Shown piece after piece: positions 40,810 through 53,367 of a stretch of DNA of 64,000 nucleotides (its first letter is position 1; each line of letters opens with the position of its first letter). The DNA is from Haliotis rufescens (taxonomy: Eukaryota). Position numbers and translations under genes: made by a program. The stretch lies in assembly GCF_023055435.1 (NCBI RefSeq), contig NW_025964024.1:4402001-4466000 (forward strand). Reading direction: 5' to 3'. Below the pieces are notes generated by a model that saw only the letters and a program-made list of their open reading frames with translations, had not been told where the DNA came from and did no database searches.

Positions 40810-41606
40810 GTGCTCAGGCCCCGACACACAGTTAGCTGCGTAATAGGATTGCTGTATCTTTCAACAGTTCATGCCCTGAGAGATACTTTTATTTTTGCCT
40901 TCTTTAGCCCAAAATTAATTATGAAGCTGAGAACATACCTTGAGAATATATTTTTGTTACATTTTGGTAGTATAAATTTGAGAAAATGTTATGAAAGTTA
41001 TCGAAAGAGGTCATATGACAGACAGAGTTTTAGGTGATGCCGACGTGCGCGTCAAGTACGCTCCAAAGTAAAGAATGGACACGGAAAAATAACAATATTG
41101 CATCCTTTGGAATGCATGATAATATTGATTGTGATAGAATGGTGTTGTAATTAAAGTATATCAATTCTTACAGTACAGTACACTACACCATTTCATTACT
41201 TTACAGGACCCCATATTTCCTTCAGAGACCCTTGAAACTTATTATTGGATGTCTTCTGGACCCCTAGTTTTGTAGGTCAAGGTTAAACCTTGGACAGAAC
41301 TATCATTTTTTCACTCATTTTAGCTTCTTTAATTCCTCATGTTAGTTAATTATAAAATGAAACCTTTCCCTGGGTGATTTAAAAGCAAGATGGCTCCAGA
41401 AACTGTTCCATAATTTTAATATTTTTCTGTTAGAGGATTAATATTTGAATAATTTCTTAAAATATTATTTCTTGTTTAATATAAATAAGAAAATCATCTC
41501 AGAATACAAAGAATTTCATTTGTAGTATTATGACACCATTGTACAGTGTAAGGCTGAGTTGTGGCTGTCACATTGCATCCTAGGGATATATATTCATACC
41601 ACTCAA

Positions 41607-41878
41607 GGGGGTACGGGAGGCCTAGTGGTCTAAGGAACCGCGATTCACTGTGCAGAGTTCTGTCCCTTGGGCACGCCAGAAACCTATGATTGTGAATCCC
41701 GGTTTGCCCCGATTATGTTTCTAGTTTTGTCAGCACCATACCCATTCTCGTGGGTTTCGCCGAAGTGGTAAATGTCTTGAGACCTGCATCATTTCGGGCT
41801 TTCCTCCCACATAAAGCTGACACGCTGCGATATAACTGGAATACTGTTAAAAGCAGCGTTAAACCCAACTCACTCACT
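41607..41878 (+). mobile_element. SINE family C with TSD
   Basis: TSD tcata(c/t)cactcaa. Confidence 0.85.
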
Positions 41879-42227
41879 CATATCACTCAACAGCCTGGGT
41901 GATATGATGCAATGGTTTCAATGCCTTGGGCTATTTCATCATACCAGGTCATACATAGTAGAATGGTAGAGAGCCATTGCGATGACAAGGCTTGAGCTTT
42001 CAAGGTATTCAGTGTTTTTAAAAACAACACTGGTTTTTACAACACACTTCATATCATTGACTGCAAAGGTTCACACCAGCTGGTGATGTTGTTGACCTTG
42101 ACATCCCAGCAAGTGATACTGATGATGTGACAGACTTTGTGTCAAAACCAGGTGGTCCTGATGATGAAATAGCTTTGGGATAAAATGTTGCAGTAAAAAG
42201 ATGGTGTCACAGCTTGGTGCATCACAT

Positions 42228-42710
42228 CTGGTGGACAATCAGGTGAAGTCACATGTATTGTATTGCAGTCTCTGGTCTGATGAGACTGGTCAATCTGGTG
42301 AAGTCACATGTATTGCAGTCTCTGGTCTGATGAGACTGGACAATCTGGTGAAGTCACATGTATTGCAGTCTCTGGTCTGATGAGACTGGACAATCTGGTG
42401 AAGTCACATGTACTGCAGTCTCTGGTCTGATGAGCCTGGTCAATCTGGTGAAGTCACATGTACTGCAATCTCTGGTCTGATGAGACTGGTGAAGTCACAT
42501 GTACTGCAGTCTCTGGTCTGATGAGACTGGTCAATCTGGTGAAGTCACATGTATTGCAGTCTCTGGTCTGATGAGACTGGTGAAGTCACATGTACTGCAG
42601 TCTCTGGTCTGATGAGACTGGTGAAGTCACATGTACTGCAGTCTCTGGTCTGATGAGACTGGACAATCTGGTGAAGTCACATGTACTGCAGTCTCTGGTC
42701 TGATGAGACT
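42228..42710. repeat. 50/40-bp minisatellite, ~10 copies
   Basis: Unit tctggtgaagtcacatgta(t/c)tgcagtctctggtctgatgagactgg(a/t)caa. Confidence 0.95.
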
Positions 42711-43190
42711 TTCCATACTGTGATGTTATCCTGGAGAGTGGAAGACCCCATCATCAGAATAGCAAGGTGGTTGTGGCAGGTAATTGTCAAGCCCTAACCT
42801 GACCTTCAACTCTCCAGTTTATCTTCAGCAAATAGGGAAAGTCCACCAGCAGAATTTCAACAATGGCCAAAGGTGTTGAGGAATTTGTTCTTTCAATTGT
42901 CTCTAAGGTAAACCTGAACACTCAGCTTTGCCAAGTGTAAGCCTTAATCATAGCGCTGTGAATACTCAGTAAATGGCTGTGTGTTTGCGTGAAGCTTGCT
43001 GCGTTGTCCCTCGCCGTCTCGCTCAGGCCAGACAGACCAACCTCTCAGATTGTCGCCGTCTTGCCACATACACTCACACACATACCTGATCTCAATGTCC
43101 AGTAGCCACCAGGCACACTGTTATACAAATAAAACGATGCATGTGTTCAATTTACATTGGATATGAAAATCAATAAAAATGAACAATGTA

Positions 43191-43308
43191 TACTACTTAA
43201 AAGAATATTTTATTTTTTCATATGCCTGGACTTAATCTGACATATCATAACAGATTAACTATAGTCATATGAAAAAATCAGGTGTTCTTTGACTTCTTTT
43301 GAGTAGTA
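43191..43308. mobile_element. Small Tc1-like MITE
   Basis: TIRs tactact(t/c)aaaagaa, flanked by TA. Confidence 0.65.
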
Positions 43309-43714
43309 TATATAATATTAAATTCCTCTTCATGCATATTCTGCAGATTGAAAGTGTTATATTGGTTACATGTAGATGGGCTTTTTCAAATTCAGGAAGC
43401 AGAATGTGAATGGGTGATCAAGTTGGCATTCTCAATTAGCCAGTGTATTGTGTGTGTATTCTGTTATGATATATATATCCTTGACTCATTAACCTCCACA
43501 GTTTTGTTCTGGCGGTGACATCACCATCTTCATATCTCCTATCTCTAATTTAGCACAGAATTTCTCTTGCTTGTGGGAGTAATTTGATTGGATGACTAAT
43601 GTAGTGTTGTGCCGTTCAAGTCGGGCTCCGAAGTAACCAGGGGCAATTGGGTGCGAGGTATATAGAGATATGAGATCTGATACACTGGATAACTGAGGAT
43701 GCAAAGTTTGTGAA

Positions 43715-43908
43715 TGTTGTTAAACACCATAGTCGGCAATATCAGAGCAATATGATGGCCTGTAGATAACTGAGGCTGTGTCAGACAAACCAGTGACTAA
43801 AAGCACGAGTAAGAATCGATGCCATCACCCAGGCTACCCTATTTAGTTGACCCTTGTGACAAGCATGATGTCCTGGGGACCTCTTCTGACCCTGAGTTCA
43901 CACAGGGG
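43715..43908 (-). mobile_element. Old, diverged family A copy
   Basis: Degenerate reverse-complement match (ttagttgacccttgtgacaagcatg; cagacaaaccagtgac). Confidence 0.5.
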
Positions 43909-43929
43909 GATCAAAGTTTTTAAAGTGAG

Positions 43930-44155
43930 TGGTAAAATTGGGTGTTGGAAGTGGGTGGTCAAATGGGGTGTTGGAAGTGGATGATCAAATAGGGTGTTGG
44001 AAGTACGTGGTAAAATGGAGTGTTGGAAGTGGGTGGTCAAATGGGGTGTTGGAAGTGGGTGATCAAATGGGGTGTTGGAAGTGGGTGATCAAATGGAGTG
44101 TTGGAAGTGGGTGATCAAATGGAGTGTTGGAAGTGGGTGATCAAATGGGGTGTTC
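43930..44155. repeat. 26-bp minisatellite (ggggtgttggaagtgggtgatcaaat)n, ~8 copies
   Basis: Direct inspection; runs into the mariner left end. Confidence 0.92.
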
Positions 44156-44646
44156 AATATTCCAGTTATATCACAGCGTGTCATCTTAATGTTGGAGGAA
44201 AGCCTGAAGTGATGCAGGTCTCCGATGTTTACATTTACCAGTTTGGTGAAACCCACAAGCACAGGTATTGTTCTGACAAACCTAGAGACATAATTGGGGC
44301 AAATTGGGATCATGGACCAAGATCATAGATTTCATAGTTCTGACCCTTACTTTGAAGTATGTATTCAACAGTTTGCATGTATTAATTACAATACTATCCA
44401 TGCTTAATACAGGCTGGATTTGAAACAAATACACAACCAGGCTGCATCTTTCTGTAGGCACCAAGGTGACTAGGTATTCTCTGTTGAGGAAAAGGAACAA
44501 AAGTGGCTACCACACTGTCACCAGATATCTCCTAAATGAAAGGGCTAACTCCATCAGCCATCCATGCGGACATAGTGTCAATTTTAGGAGGTGGGCAGTG
44601 GAGTTCCAGAGGGAAGAGAGGGCTGGGAAGATGATCAGGAAGACCT

Positions 44647-45647
44647 TCATGAGAGTTGAGAACGTCCTGAGGAATGATCTGGACATGCTGAAGGTTCCAG
44701 CAGCCAATACCGTAGGCGTCTCTCACGAGAGTTGAGAACGGCCTGAGGAATGATCTGGACATGCCAAAGGTTCCAGCAGCCAATACAGTAGGCGTCTCTC
44801 ATGAGTGTTGAGAACGTCCTGAGAAATGATCTGGACATGACAAAGGTTCCAGCAGCCAATACAGTATCTGGACATGACAAAGGTTCCAGCAGCCAATACA
44901 GTAGGCGTCTCTCATGAGTGTTGAGAACGGCCTGAGGAATGATCTGGACATGCCAAAGGTTCCAGCAGCCAATACAGTAGGCGTCCCTCATGAGTGTTGA
45001 GAATGGCCTAAGGAATGATCTGGACATGCCGAAGGTTCCAGCAGCCAATACAGTAGGCGTCTCTCATGAGTGTTGAGAACGGCCTAAGGAATGATCTGGA
45101 CATGCCGAAGGTTCCTGCAGCCAATACAGTAGGCGTCTCTCATGAGTGTTGAGAACGGCCTGAGGAATGATCTGGACATGCCGAAGGTTCCGGCAGCCAA
45201 TACCGTAGGCGTCTCTCATGAGTGTTGAGAACGGCCTGAGGAATGATCTGGACATGCCGAAGGTTCCAGCAGCCAATACCGTAGGTGTCTCTCATGAGTG
45301 TTGAGAACGGCCTAAGGAATGATCTGGACATGCCGAAGGTTCCGGCAGCCAATACAGTAGGCGTCTCTCATGAGTGTTGAGAACGGCCTAAGGAATGATC
45401 TGGACATGACAAAGGTTCCGGCAGCCAATACAGTAGGCGTCTCTCATGAGTGTTGAGAACGGCCTGAGGAATGATCTGGACATGCCAAAGGTTCCAGTAG
45501 CCAATACAGTAGGCATCTCTCATGAGTGTTGAGAACGGCCTGAGGAATGATCTGGACATGCCAAAGGTTCCAGTAGCCAATACAGTAGGCGTCTCTCATG
45601 AGTGTTGAGAACGGCCTGAGGAATGATCTGGACATGACAAAGGTTCA
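44647..45647. repeat. 76-bp tandem repeat (~13 copies) derived from mariner transposase coding sequence
   Basis: Unit encodes ANTVGVSHE(C/R)VEN.LRNDLDM.KV, the second HTH region of mariner. Confidence 0.92.
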
Positions 45648-46071
45648 CAGGCTTCTGACCCCTCATCATCATCTCTGGGGACAATTTACGTCATTTGGAA
45701 GCAGATCCAGCTGATTTTGTTGAGCGATTTGTAACCATGGATGAGTCTTGGGTTCACCACTAACAACCAGAGATGAAACAAGAGTAGGTGAAAACATATG
45801 AAATCTCCGAAGAAGTGTGCAAAGTCTGTTCCAGGTGATGGCTTCGGGGTTTTTTAAATTTCAAACGAATCCTACTGCTGGACTACCTCCTGAATAGTCG
45901 GACCATTAATGGCCAATATTATGCTAATCTGCTTAGGCAGCTGCATGAGAATATCAAGGCTGTATGTCATGGAAAACTCACGGTTGGTGTGTTGTTTCAC
46001 AAGGACAATGCACCTGTGCTCAAGTCTCTTGGCACATAGCTGTAATGTGAGACTGTCGTTTTGAAGTCATT

Positions 46072-46231
46072 GAGAGTGAGTATGGTTTTTGCCACTTTTA
46101 GCAATATTCCAGCACTATCACACCGGGGGACACCAGAAATGGGCTTCACACGTTGTACCCATGTCGGGAATCAAACCTGGTTCTTCCGCCTGATGAGCAA
46201 CGCTTTAACCACTAGGCTACTGACCGCCCCC
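46072..46231 (-). mobile_element. SINE family B inserted into the mariner transposase remnant
   Basis: TSD tgaagtcatt at 46062-46071 and 46232-46241. Confidence 0.9.
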
Positions 46232-47336
46232 TGAAGTCATTAAACATTAGCAGTATTCACCAGACTTGGTACTGTCAGAGTTCCACCTCTTCCCAAACTT
46301 GAAGTAAGAACTGCCTGGCAAGCATTATGCAAATGATGATGACATCATTCCTGCTGTTAGAGGAAGATTTCTCTCCACATCAGTGGTGTCCAGGCTCTCT
46401 AGCATCATGGGTAGAAGTGTGAAATATACTTAACAACCATAAATATGAATAATTAAGAACCACAACAGGACTAAAATGACTAGATTTATTTGGCCGAAGT
46501 AGGTAAAAGATGCAGACCAGGTACAATGTATAGCACAAAAGTAACACAATAGGAAAGTGTATACTTGAACGACTTAAATACAAATGAGCTCAGTTATAAT
46601 ATTTAAACTTAACGAGAAAATATTTAGTTGCTAGGAGAGTGTAACTTGTACCTAGGCTTCAACCCCCCGGGACAGACAACTACAATATACTGAACAGAAA
46701 AGGCGGCGGGTGGGCGGGGAACAAAAACAAACGTGTTCGGGTAGCATTTAGCTAGCCAATGACACCGAAAGGTGGGAATTTAAACCATGCCGCTAGGGAT
46801 GATGGGAAGAGAATATTAGGTCTCGTCAGCCCGAGACAAGAACATAGAAACAGTCAGTATGGGTAGAAACTTGACCTGGAAAAAGCCTAGCAGACCGTAA
46901 ACTTTATAAACAAGTGGAACCTAGCCGTCTGAAAACTGTATTAAACAAACAATATCTACGAAGGCCTGTACAAAAACAAGAAAGCCTCAAATGGACACGC
47001 AACATAAACAGACTGTACTACAAACGGTATGTGGCTAAACAAATGTTGGAAATCTTAATTAATCATTTTCAATCTACCGACAGAAAATGTGAAAATTAGT
47101 TCCATTTTAGTTTGACATTGTGCTCTAGTGTTTTGGATTGTTGCTCATGCTATCATCCACTGGTTTGCCTGGCAGAGGCTCTAATAAACACGAAGTGCCC
47201 CCTGCATCATGTTGCTGGAATATTGCTAAACGTGGCACAAGACAATACTCACTCACTAGGACATACTGAGTGTCCCTGTGATATTGCTTGAATATTATGA
47301 GACAAAACACCTCCCTCACTCCACTCATTACACACT

Positions 47337-47524
47337 GAGGTAGAATAGGCCTTCAGCAACCCATGCTTGTCGCGACTAAGGGATCGGGTAATGCATGACA
47401 TCCTATGCATGGATCGATGCTCATGATGTCAATCACTGGATTGCCTGGTCCAGACTCGATTATTTACAGACTGCTGTCATATAGCTGGAATATTGCCGAG
47501 TGTTGCGTTAAACAACAAACAAAC
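47337..47524 (+). mobile_element. Family A, internally deleted
   Basis: Match to the consensus, with tail. Confidence 0.75.
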
Positions 47525-47604
47525 ATTACACACTGTCCCTCTTGTTTTGCAAGCTGTGATGTTGCTGACAGCAGCAGGAATTCACTCACTCACACACACA
47601 CTGA

Positions 47605-47760
47605 TGGTGTAGCCTCCTGGGTAAATCTTTTCCTTGTCACGCCGAAGAACCGGGTTCAATTCCCTGAGTGGGTTCAATGTGTGAAGCTCATATCTGGAGC
47701 TCCCCTGCCATGATATTACTGGAATATTGCTAAAAGCGGAGTAAAACCATACTAACTCTC
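47605..47760 (+). mobile_element. SINE family B, diverged
   Basis: Degenerate A/B boxes and the conserved tail. Confidence 0.75.
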
Positions 47761-48192
47761 TGTTTTTTGTGTGTCATAATTTAACCGTTTCATTTGTTTT
47801 GTTTAAGTGTAGGATTTCTTTGTTGATGAGGTTTTTTAAACCGTTTCAAATCCAATTTGCCAGAACCCTTATGTTGCACAGGAATTTAGTAATTCAACAA
47901 GAAAAATAAAACCTTTTTTGTTGATTGATTAAATCATGAGACATGCAAAGTTTTCATGTTCAGAAGAAAATAATAATCCTCCACTTTCTCTGTGTGTGTG
48001 TGTGCCAGTGCTATGGTTAAATCATCATGAAAACCACACAACAGGTGATCTTCACACAATATGAAATGTAATGTTCTGTGCCATGTAGTTATAAGTGTGA
48101 GGTGACATGAACAGGCCATAAACAACGGGAGTAATGTTGGAGGCAGACAAACCCAAGAGATCAGAGCTGTCTTTGTGGCTCAGTCTATGTCT

Positions 48193-49300
48193 GTGTATCA
48201 CTCTCCAGCCATGTACTATATTTCCCTGTATCACTCTACAGCCATGGACTATATTTCCCTGTACCACTCTACAGCCATGTACTATATTTCCCTGTACCAC
48301 TCTACAGCCATGTTCTATATTTCCCTGTATCAGACTCCAGCTGTGTGCTATATTTCCCTGTATCACTCTCCAGCTATGTACTATATTTCCCTGTACCACT
48401 CTCCAGCCATGTACTATATTTCCCTGTACCACTCTACAGCCATGTACTATATTTCCCTGTACCACTCTACATCCATGTACTATATTTCCCTGTACCACTC
48501 TACAGCCATGTACTATATTTCCCTGTATCAGACTCCAGCTGTGTGCTATATTTCCCTGTATCACTCTCCAGCCATGTACTATATTTCCCTGTATCACTCT
48601 ACAGCCATGTACTATATTTCCCTGTATCACTCTACAGCCATGTACTATATTTCCCTGTACCACTCTACAGCCATGTACTATATTTCCCTGTACCACTCTA
48701 CAGCCATGTACTATATTTCCCTGTATCACTCTACAGCCATGTACTATATTTCCCTGTATCAGACTCCAGCTGTGTGCTATATTTCCCTGTATCACTCTAC
48801 AGCCATGTACTATATTTCCCTGTATCAGACTCCAGCTGTGTGCTATATTTCCCTATATCGGACTCCAGGTATATACTATATTTCCCTATATCGGACTCCA
48901 TCTATATGCTATATTTCCCAGTATCAGACTCCAGCTGTGTGCTATATTTCCCTATATTGGACTCCATCTATATGCTATATTTCCTGTATAAGGATCTGGC
49001 TATGTGATATATTTCCTGTATAAGGCTTCAGCTATATGCTATATTTTCTGTATAAGGCTCCCGTTTTATTTCCTGTATAAGGCACCAGGTACATGCTATA
49101 TTTCCTGTATAAGGATCTGGCTATGTGATATATTTCGTGTATAAGGCTTCAGCTATATGCTATTTTTCCTGTATAAGGCTCCAGCTATATTTCCTGTATA
49201 AGGCACCAGGTACATGCTATATTTCCTGTATAAGGCACCAGTTATATGCTGTATTTCCTGTATAAGGCTTCAGCTATATGCTGTATTTTCCTGTATCTGA
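48193..49300. repeat. 33-bp minisatellite (ccctgtatcactctacagccatgtactatattt)n, degenerating to the right
   Basis: Direct inspection. Confidence 0.95.
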
Positions 49301-50049
49301 CTCTATCTGGCTGACAGACCGTGTGACAGGAGACAGGGTGTTGGTAGACTGCCTGGCTGTATCTGGTGTGTTCACGGCAGTGCCAGATGTGACAGGACGG
49401 TGCAGGATGAGTTGCTTCATGACGTCCCTCGCCCCTCCCTGTCACATTCATCTTCGTCCCATCCCACACCGCCAGATTTATGATGACATGTCTGATAATG
49501 TTCTCAGAAACCATTAATGCTTCTTTTATTGCTCTTGTATCATGAGTTTAAATATAACTTTTCCCATCAGACACCAAGCAGAAATATGCAAGATTTGACT
49601 GCCTCCCTCCATAGCGCTGTTTATGTTAATGCAGAATACCTAATGGCATGCAACATACAGTATAACGAAATGAAGTCATAATCACATGGTAAATAATTTC
49701 TACTTATAACACAGCAGAGCCCGAACAAGATCTTTGCATTTTAGTAATTGATTGATGGAGAAATGATACCACTGGGTTGAAGGAGTGAGGATTCAAGTAG
49801 AGGGGAGAAGACGGCAACTTGTTCTTGGGGCTTTCATTGTTAAGATGCTGCCAGCGAGGAGTAGCACAAGTTGGAGGTTTTAGCCTGGGAGATTGACAGT
49901 ACGTCTTGCCGCCCCTGTTATCAGGCGTCTGACAGAGCCTGGTAGTCTGTACTGCCACTGTTCCCTTGACTTGCACTACTCCGATCAACCACCCGCCCAT
50001 GGTTTCAGATTGTCAAAGGGAGGTAACCCTTGTTTGTGTTGTGTTTCAG

Positions 50050-50115
50050 GCACTGGAGACAGCGTACAGAATGGCCAAATTCAGGGGCCTCATCAAGCCA
50101 GTCGTACATGGAGAG
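50050..50115 (+). CDS. TMEM135: TMEM135 exon 5, 66 nt, phase 0 to 0
   Basis: tgttgtgtttcag acceptor and GAG|gtaggt donor. Translates ALETAYRMAKFRGLIKPVVHGE, compared with recalled [22 protein letters not shown]. Confidence 0.9.
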
Positions 50116-50412
50116 GTAGGTGTTGTGGGGCCTCCACAAGTGGATTTCAATTAAAGAAAAAAAATAATAAAACATAAAATTGAAGAAATCATCAGTGTTT
50201 GCAGGTACATTGGAGAGGAACGACATTCACTCACTCACTTATTTGGAAGACATATTTATGTCACAAACATGCCTTGGAAAATGATATCTAGACTTACATC
50301 TAGTCTCTGAAATGAAATATGTTACAGAACAGTTGTTAAATTATGTTTTAAAATAATAAAAAGGAGCCCACAGACTTCATTTTCAGAAGCAGTAATCTAG
50401 ACTCGCCAACTG

Positions 50413-50485
50413 TACTACTCAACATTTGCTAAGGACCAAAATGGTCATTAGTCAAAGGTGTGGTTCTTAGCAAATTTGAGTAGTG
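50413..50485. repeat. Short inverted repeat
   Basis: actactcaacatttgctaaggacca / tggttcttagcaaatttgagtagt. Confidence 0.7.
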
Positions 50486-50559
50486 TATTATAGACTTGCC
50501 GTATTGGATATATTTGTTTCGGGTCTGTATGACAACAGGGCACCACATATTCTTGCTGG

Positions 50560-50966
50560 GGCAAGGGCGAGTCCAAATTTACTACCGGGTACCCGACCCC
50601 CTATTACCGACCCTACCCGGGTAACCACTGTAGGTCACAAGACTTGGGTACGAAACCTATGATTGGGATTTGTTTACAGCAGCTTTGCAAAAACTATTTA
50701 GATACATGTGTCAAATGATCAGATCATGCGTACACTTAAGTTAGCTGAAGCTTTATCTGTACTCAAATATACACAAGTCAAAAGGAATGTGGCATCATCA
50801 TAAAGAAATGGGAACATTAGCGACTTGTAGTGTAACCGCTGATGTATAGTGAATTTTTGTCATTAAGCAATATGTAACGTGACTAACCATGGGTGCGGGT
50901 AGTTATGTGGGTATCCGGGTCCTACTCAAGACCCACCCGACCCGAGTACCGGTGTTACCAGTCCTA
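50560..50966. mobile_element. Degenerate DNA-transposon (hAT-like) remnant with subterminal ACCCG/CGGGT clusters
   Basis: Clusters of acccg/cgggt at both ends; right end ccagtccta. Confidence 0.35.
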
Positions 50967-51006
50967 GTACCAGCCATATTAACAACATTCCCTCACATAT
51001 CTCACA

Positions 51007-51259
51007 GACCTGTGAAGATCCGGGGTAGAATAGGTCTTCAGAAACCCATACTTGCCGTGAAAGGCAACTAACGGGATCGGGTGGTCAGGCTCGCTGACTT
51101 GGTTGATGCATGTCATCGTATCCCAATTGCGTGCATCGATGCTCATGTTGTCAATCACTGGATTGTCTGGTCCGGACTCGATTATTTAAAGACCGCCTTC
51201 ATATAGCGGGTATATTGCTGAGTGCGGCGTTAATCAACAAACAAACAAAAAACAACAAG
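51007..51259 (+). mobile_element. Family A, full length with TSD
   Basis: TSD acatatctcaca on both sides. Confidence 0.9.
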
Positions 51260-51633
51260 ACATATCTCACAGAATTATTTAGTTTATTTTTCAGAATGGT
51301 AGGTCTATTTCATAAATACTTTTCAGTTATTTTTGTTGGGATCTTCCCAGGATATGAATCATCTGGTTGACACATATTTTTTCTAATATTTACAGGAATG
51401 CCTTAAGAAATTCACTTCCAAAGATGTAATCTATAAAAATGATCTTCCATTAAGTCACTGTTACAAAAATTGTGGTTGAAGATAGATGTGTTGATTTAGA
51501 GCAGCTGAGCCTGTGCTGGGGAACATGAAGTGATACAGATGTCTTTGTGATGTGATGCCCCTCTCGGAGAGAAGCTGTCCGTATAAGAAAGCAGCCTCAG
51601 CACCTTTACTATAGAGTACCCAATTCAATTTAA

Positions 51634-51988
51634 GACCGCCTCCGTGGTCTAATGGTAGAGCATCCGCCCGGAGAGCAGAAGGTTCGGGGTTCGATCCCCG
51701 GCCGCGTCATACCAAAAGAGGTTAAAAGATGGTACTTGTTGTTACCCTGTCTGGCGCTTGGCATTAAGGGGCTAAAACAAGGACTGGTCGGCTCGGAGTC
51801 AGTATACTGTGTCTGAGTGGGGTATTCATGTTAAACTGCGGCATGGTATCTCAGTGAGCTAGCACTATAAATCGGCATCAGTCTGGACTAGTGCAAGCAG
51901 CCACACACACACACAAAGACGTGCACGTTGCTATATAAGTGCAATAATCTTGGACGCGACGTTAAACCCCATTTCACCTCACCTCACC
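51634..51988 (+). mobile_element. tRNA-derived SINE family D (Meta/MESC-type central domain), full length
   Basis: tRNA-like head; core gtcataccaaaag..ttaaaagatggtacttg..ccctg.ctggcgct.ggcattaaggg; (cacct)n tail; TSD ttcaatttaa. Confidence 0.85.
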
Positions 51989-52241
51989 TTCAATTTAATC
52001 AAAGCCATTATCTAGACTGCATGTTAGTCTGAGCATCTAGCCTGTGTCACAGTCCCTTAACCATATTATTTTCCCTACCACCCAGTCCTTATTGTATGTA
52101 GTGCTGCAGCCCTCGATGAAACAAGTCTAGATTTTTGCGTCTCACATCTCGCATCTCACTGGGGCTCCTTGTGTATGGGGCTTGAAACAATATATGTTTT
52201 TGATATCTGACAAATCCTTTTCCGGATCATCTTATACTATG

Positions 52242-52316
52242 GCCCATTTCTGGTGTCCCCCGCCGTGATATTGCTGGAATATTGCGAAAAGCGGCGTAAA
52301 ACCATACTCACTCACT
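52242..52316 (+). mobile_element. SINE family B, 5'-truncated with TSD
   Basis: TSD tcttatactatg. Confidence 0.85.
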
Positions 52317-53193
52317 CTTATACTATGACTATAGAAACAAACAGTTTTAGTCCACTTGTTCTTGTCGTAACATGTAGTGAAACCATTAAAACTGGAAAAT
52401 ATCTACAAGTCCTTACCATACTTTAACTATTGGTCAGTTTGGCAAGGACTATAGAACTAGTACCTGTTTCTAACACTGCCTTAGTTATAAGCCTAAGATA
52501 TCATTTTCTGCTTATGTTTTTTTTTGCAGATAAAATAATTTATTATAGAATTCAATGTGAAAGATTGAGTTTTCCGATAATGGGAAAAGTGAATGCAACA
52601 CTTGATATTTCACTGCAGTGAACATAACACTTTGACGGAACTATTGTCATACAAGAGTTACCTCCCCACAAATTGTCTCCCTTTATCGTAAATGTCTATC
52701 CCGTAGACAAACTGTTGTCTTTCTTTTAGTTTAGTTCCACATTGACAAGGCAGAATAGTTGCTGATGGTCATTTATGGCATGTGTTATTATCCTCTTGAA
52801 AATGTTTAGTTGTGAACTGTAAATTTCTCATTTAACTTGTCAATCGAGACTGTTTCGCAAAGTGGCATTTTTGTTATCGGTACTTGACCAGCATGTATTC
52901 TTTCGCTTCTAACAGCTGACTCATAGATTTCAAGAATATTCTTTATTTAAGTTGATTTGGTATATAAAAATATCCAAATGTTTGATAAAGAATTTCCGTG
53001 ACCCTCAATAATTTTTTTTGCTTTTCTTTATATTTTTTCAGATTTTATAAACACAGAACTACTTTTTAAGTGGCAATTACAAGGGGTGGTGAAACATCCC
53101 TGGGTGTTAGGTGGTGAGAATTTACATTTCAAGGTTTTACATTTGTAATGAAATGATTTAATTTTCCGGTAGACAGCTACACAAAAAGTATAT

Positions 53194-53367
53194 TATGAAT
53201 AGGATATTCCATGTGCCTTGTGAAATATCATGTTTCTCTCATCTCGTGACAGGAAAGAAGATATTTGAACTCATGGCTACACCACTCATGAAAATGTCTC
53301 CTTTCTACCCGTCACTCGATGATAGAAACATGATATTTCACTCGACACATGAAATATCCTCTCCATA
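53194..53367. mobile_element. Foldback MITE (~175 bp)
   Basis: Imperfect ~55-bp inverted arms: aggatattccatgtg..gtgaaatatcatgtttct / agaaacatgatatttcac..cacatgaaatatcct. Confidence 0.75.

Larger units (their letters stand above)
44147..46430 (+). pseudogene. Decayed mariner (Tc1/mariner, DD34D-type) transposase
   Basis: Fragments in the expected order: MKGLTPSAIHAD, RRWAVEFQR, NTVGVSHE-VENVLRNDLDMLKV, RLLTP, ADPADFVERFVTMDESWVHH*QPEMKQ, ILLLDYL..TINGQYYANLLRQL..LFHKDNAPV, YSPDLVLSEFHLFPNLK*. Stops and frameshifts are present. A TIR-like ggggtgttcaata lies at 44147. Confidence 0.9.

Noticed and set aside
42228-42710. CTGATGA in each 50-bp unit, suggesting a hammerhead satellite
   Set aside because: The required GAAA is absent (GAAG instead), stems I and III cannot be formed convincingly, and cagtctc/gagactg sequesters the core.
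44647-45647. CRISPR-like array
   Set aside because: Units are contiguous with no unique spacers, the context is eukaryotic, and the unit derives from a transposase.
47193-47204. aagtgccccctg as another partner for stem 1
   Set aside because: It lies within a decayed SINE tail about 40 kb away, beyond exon 4.
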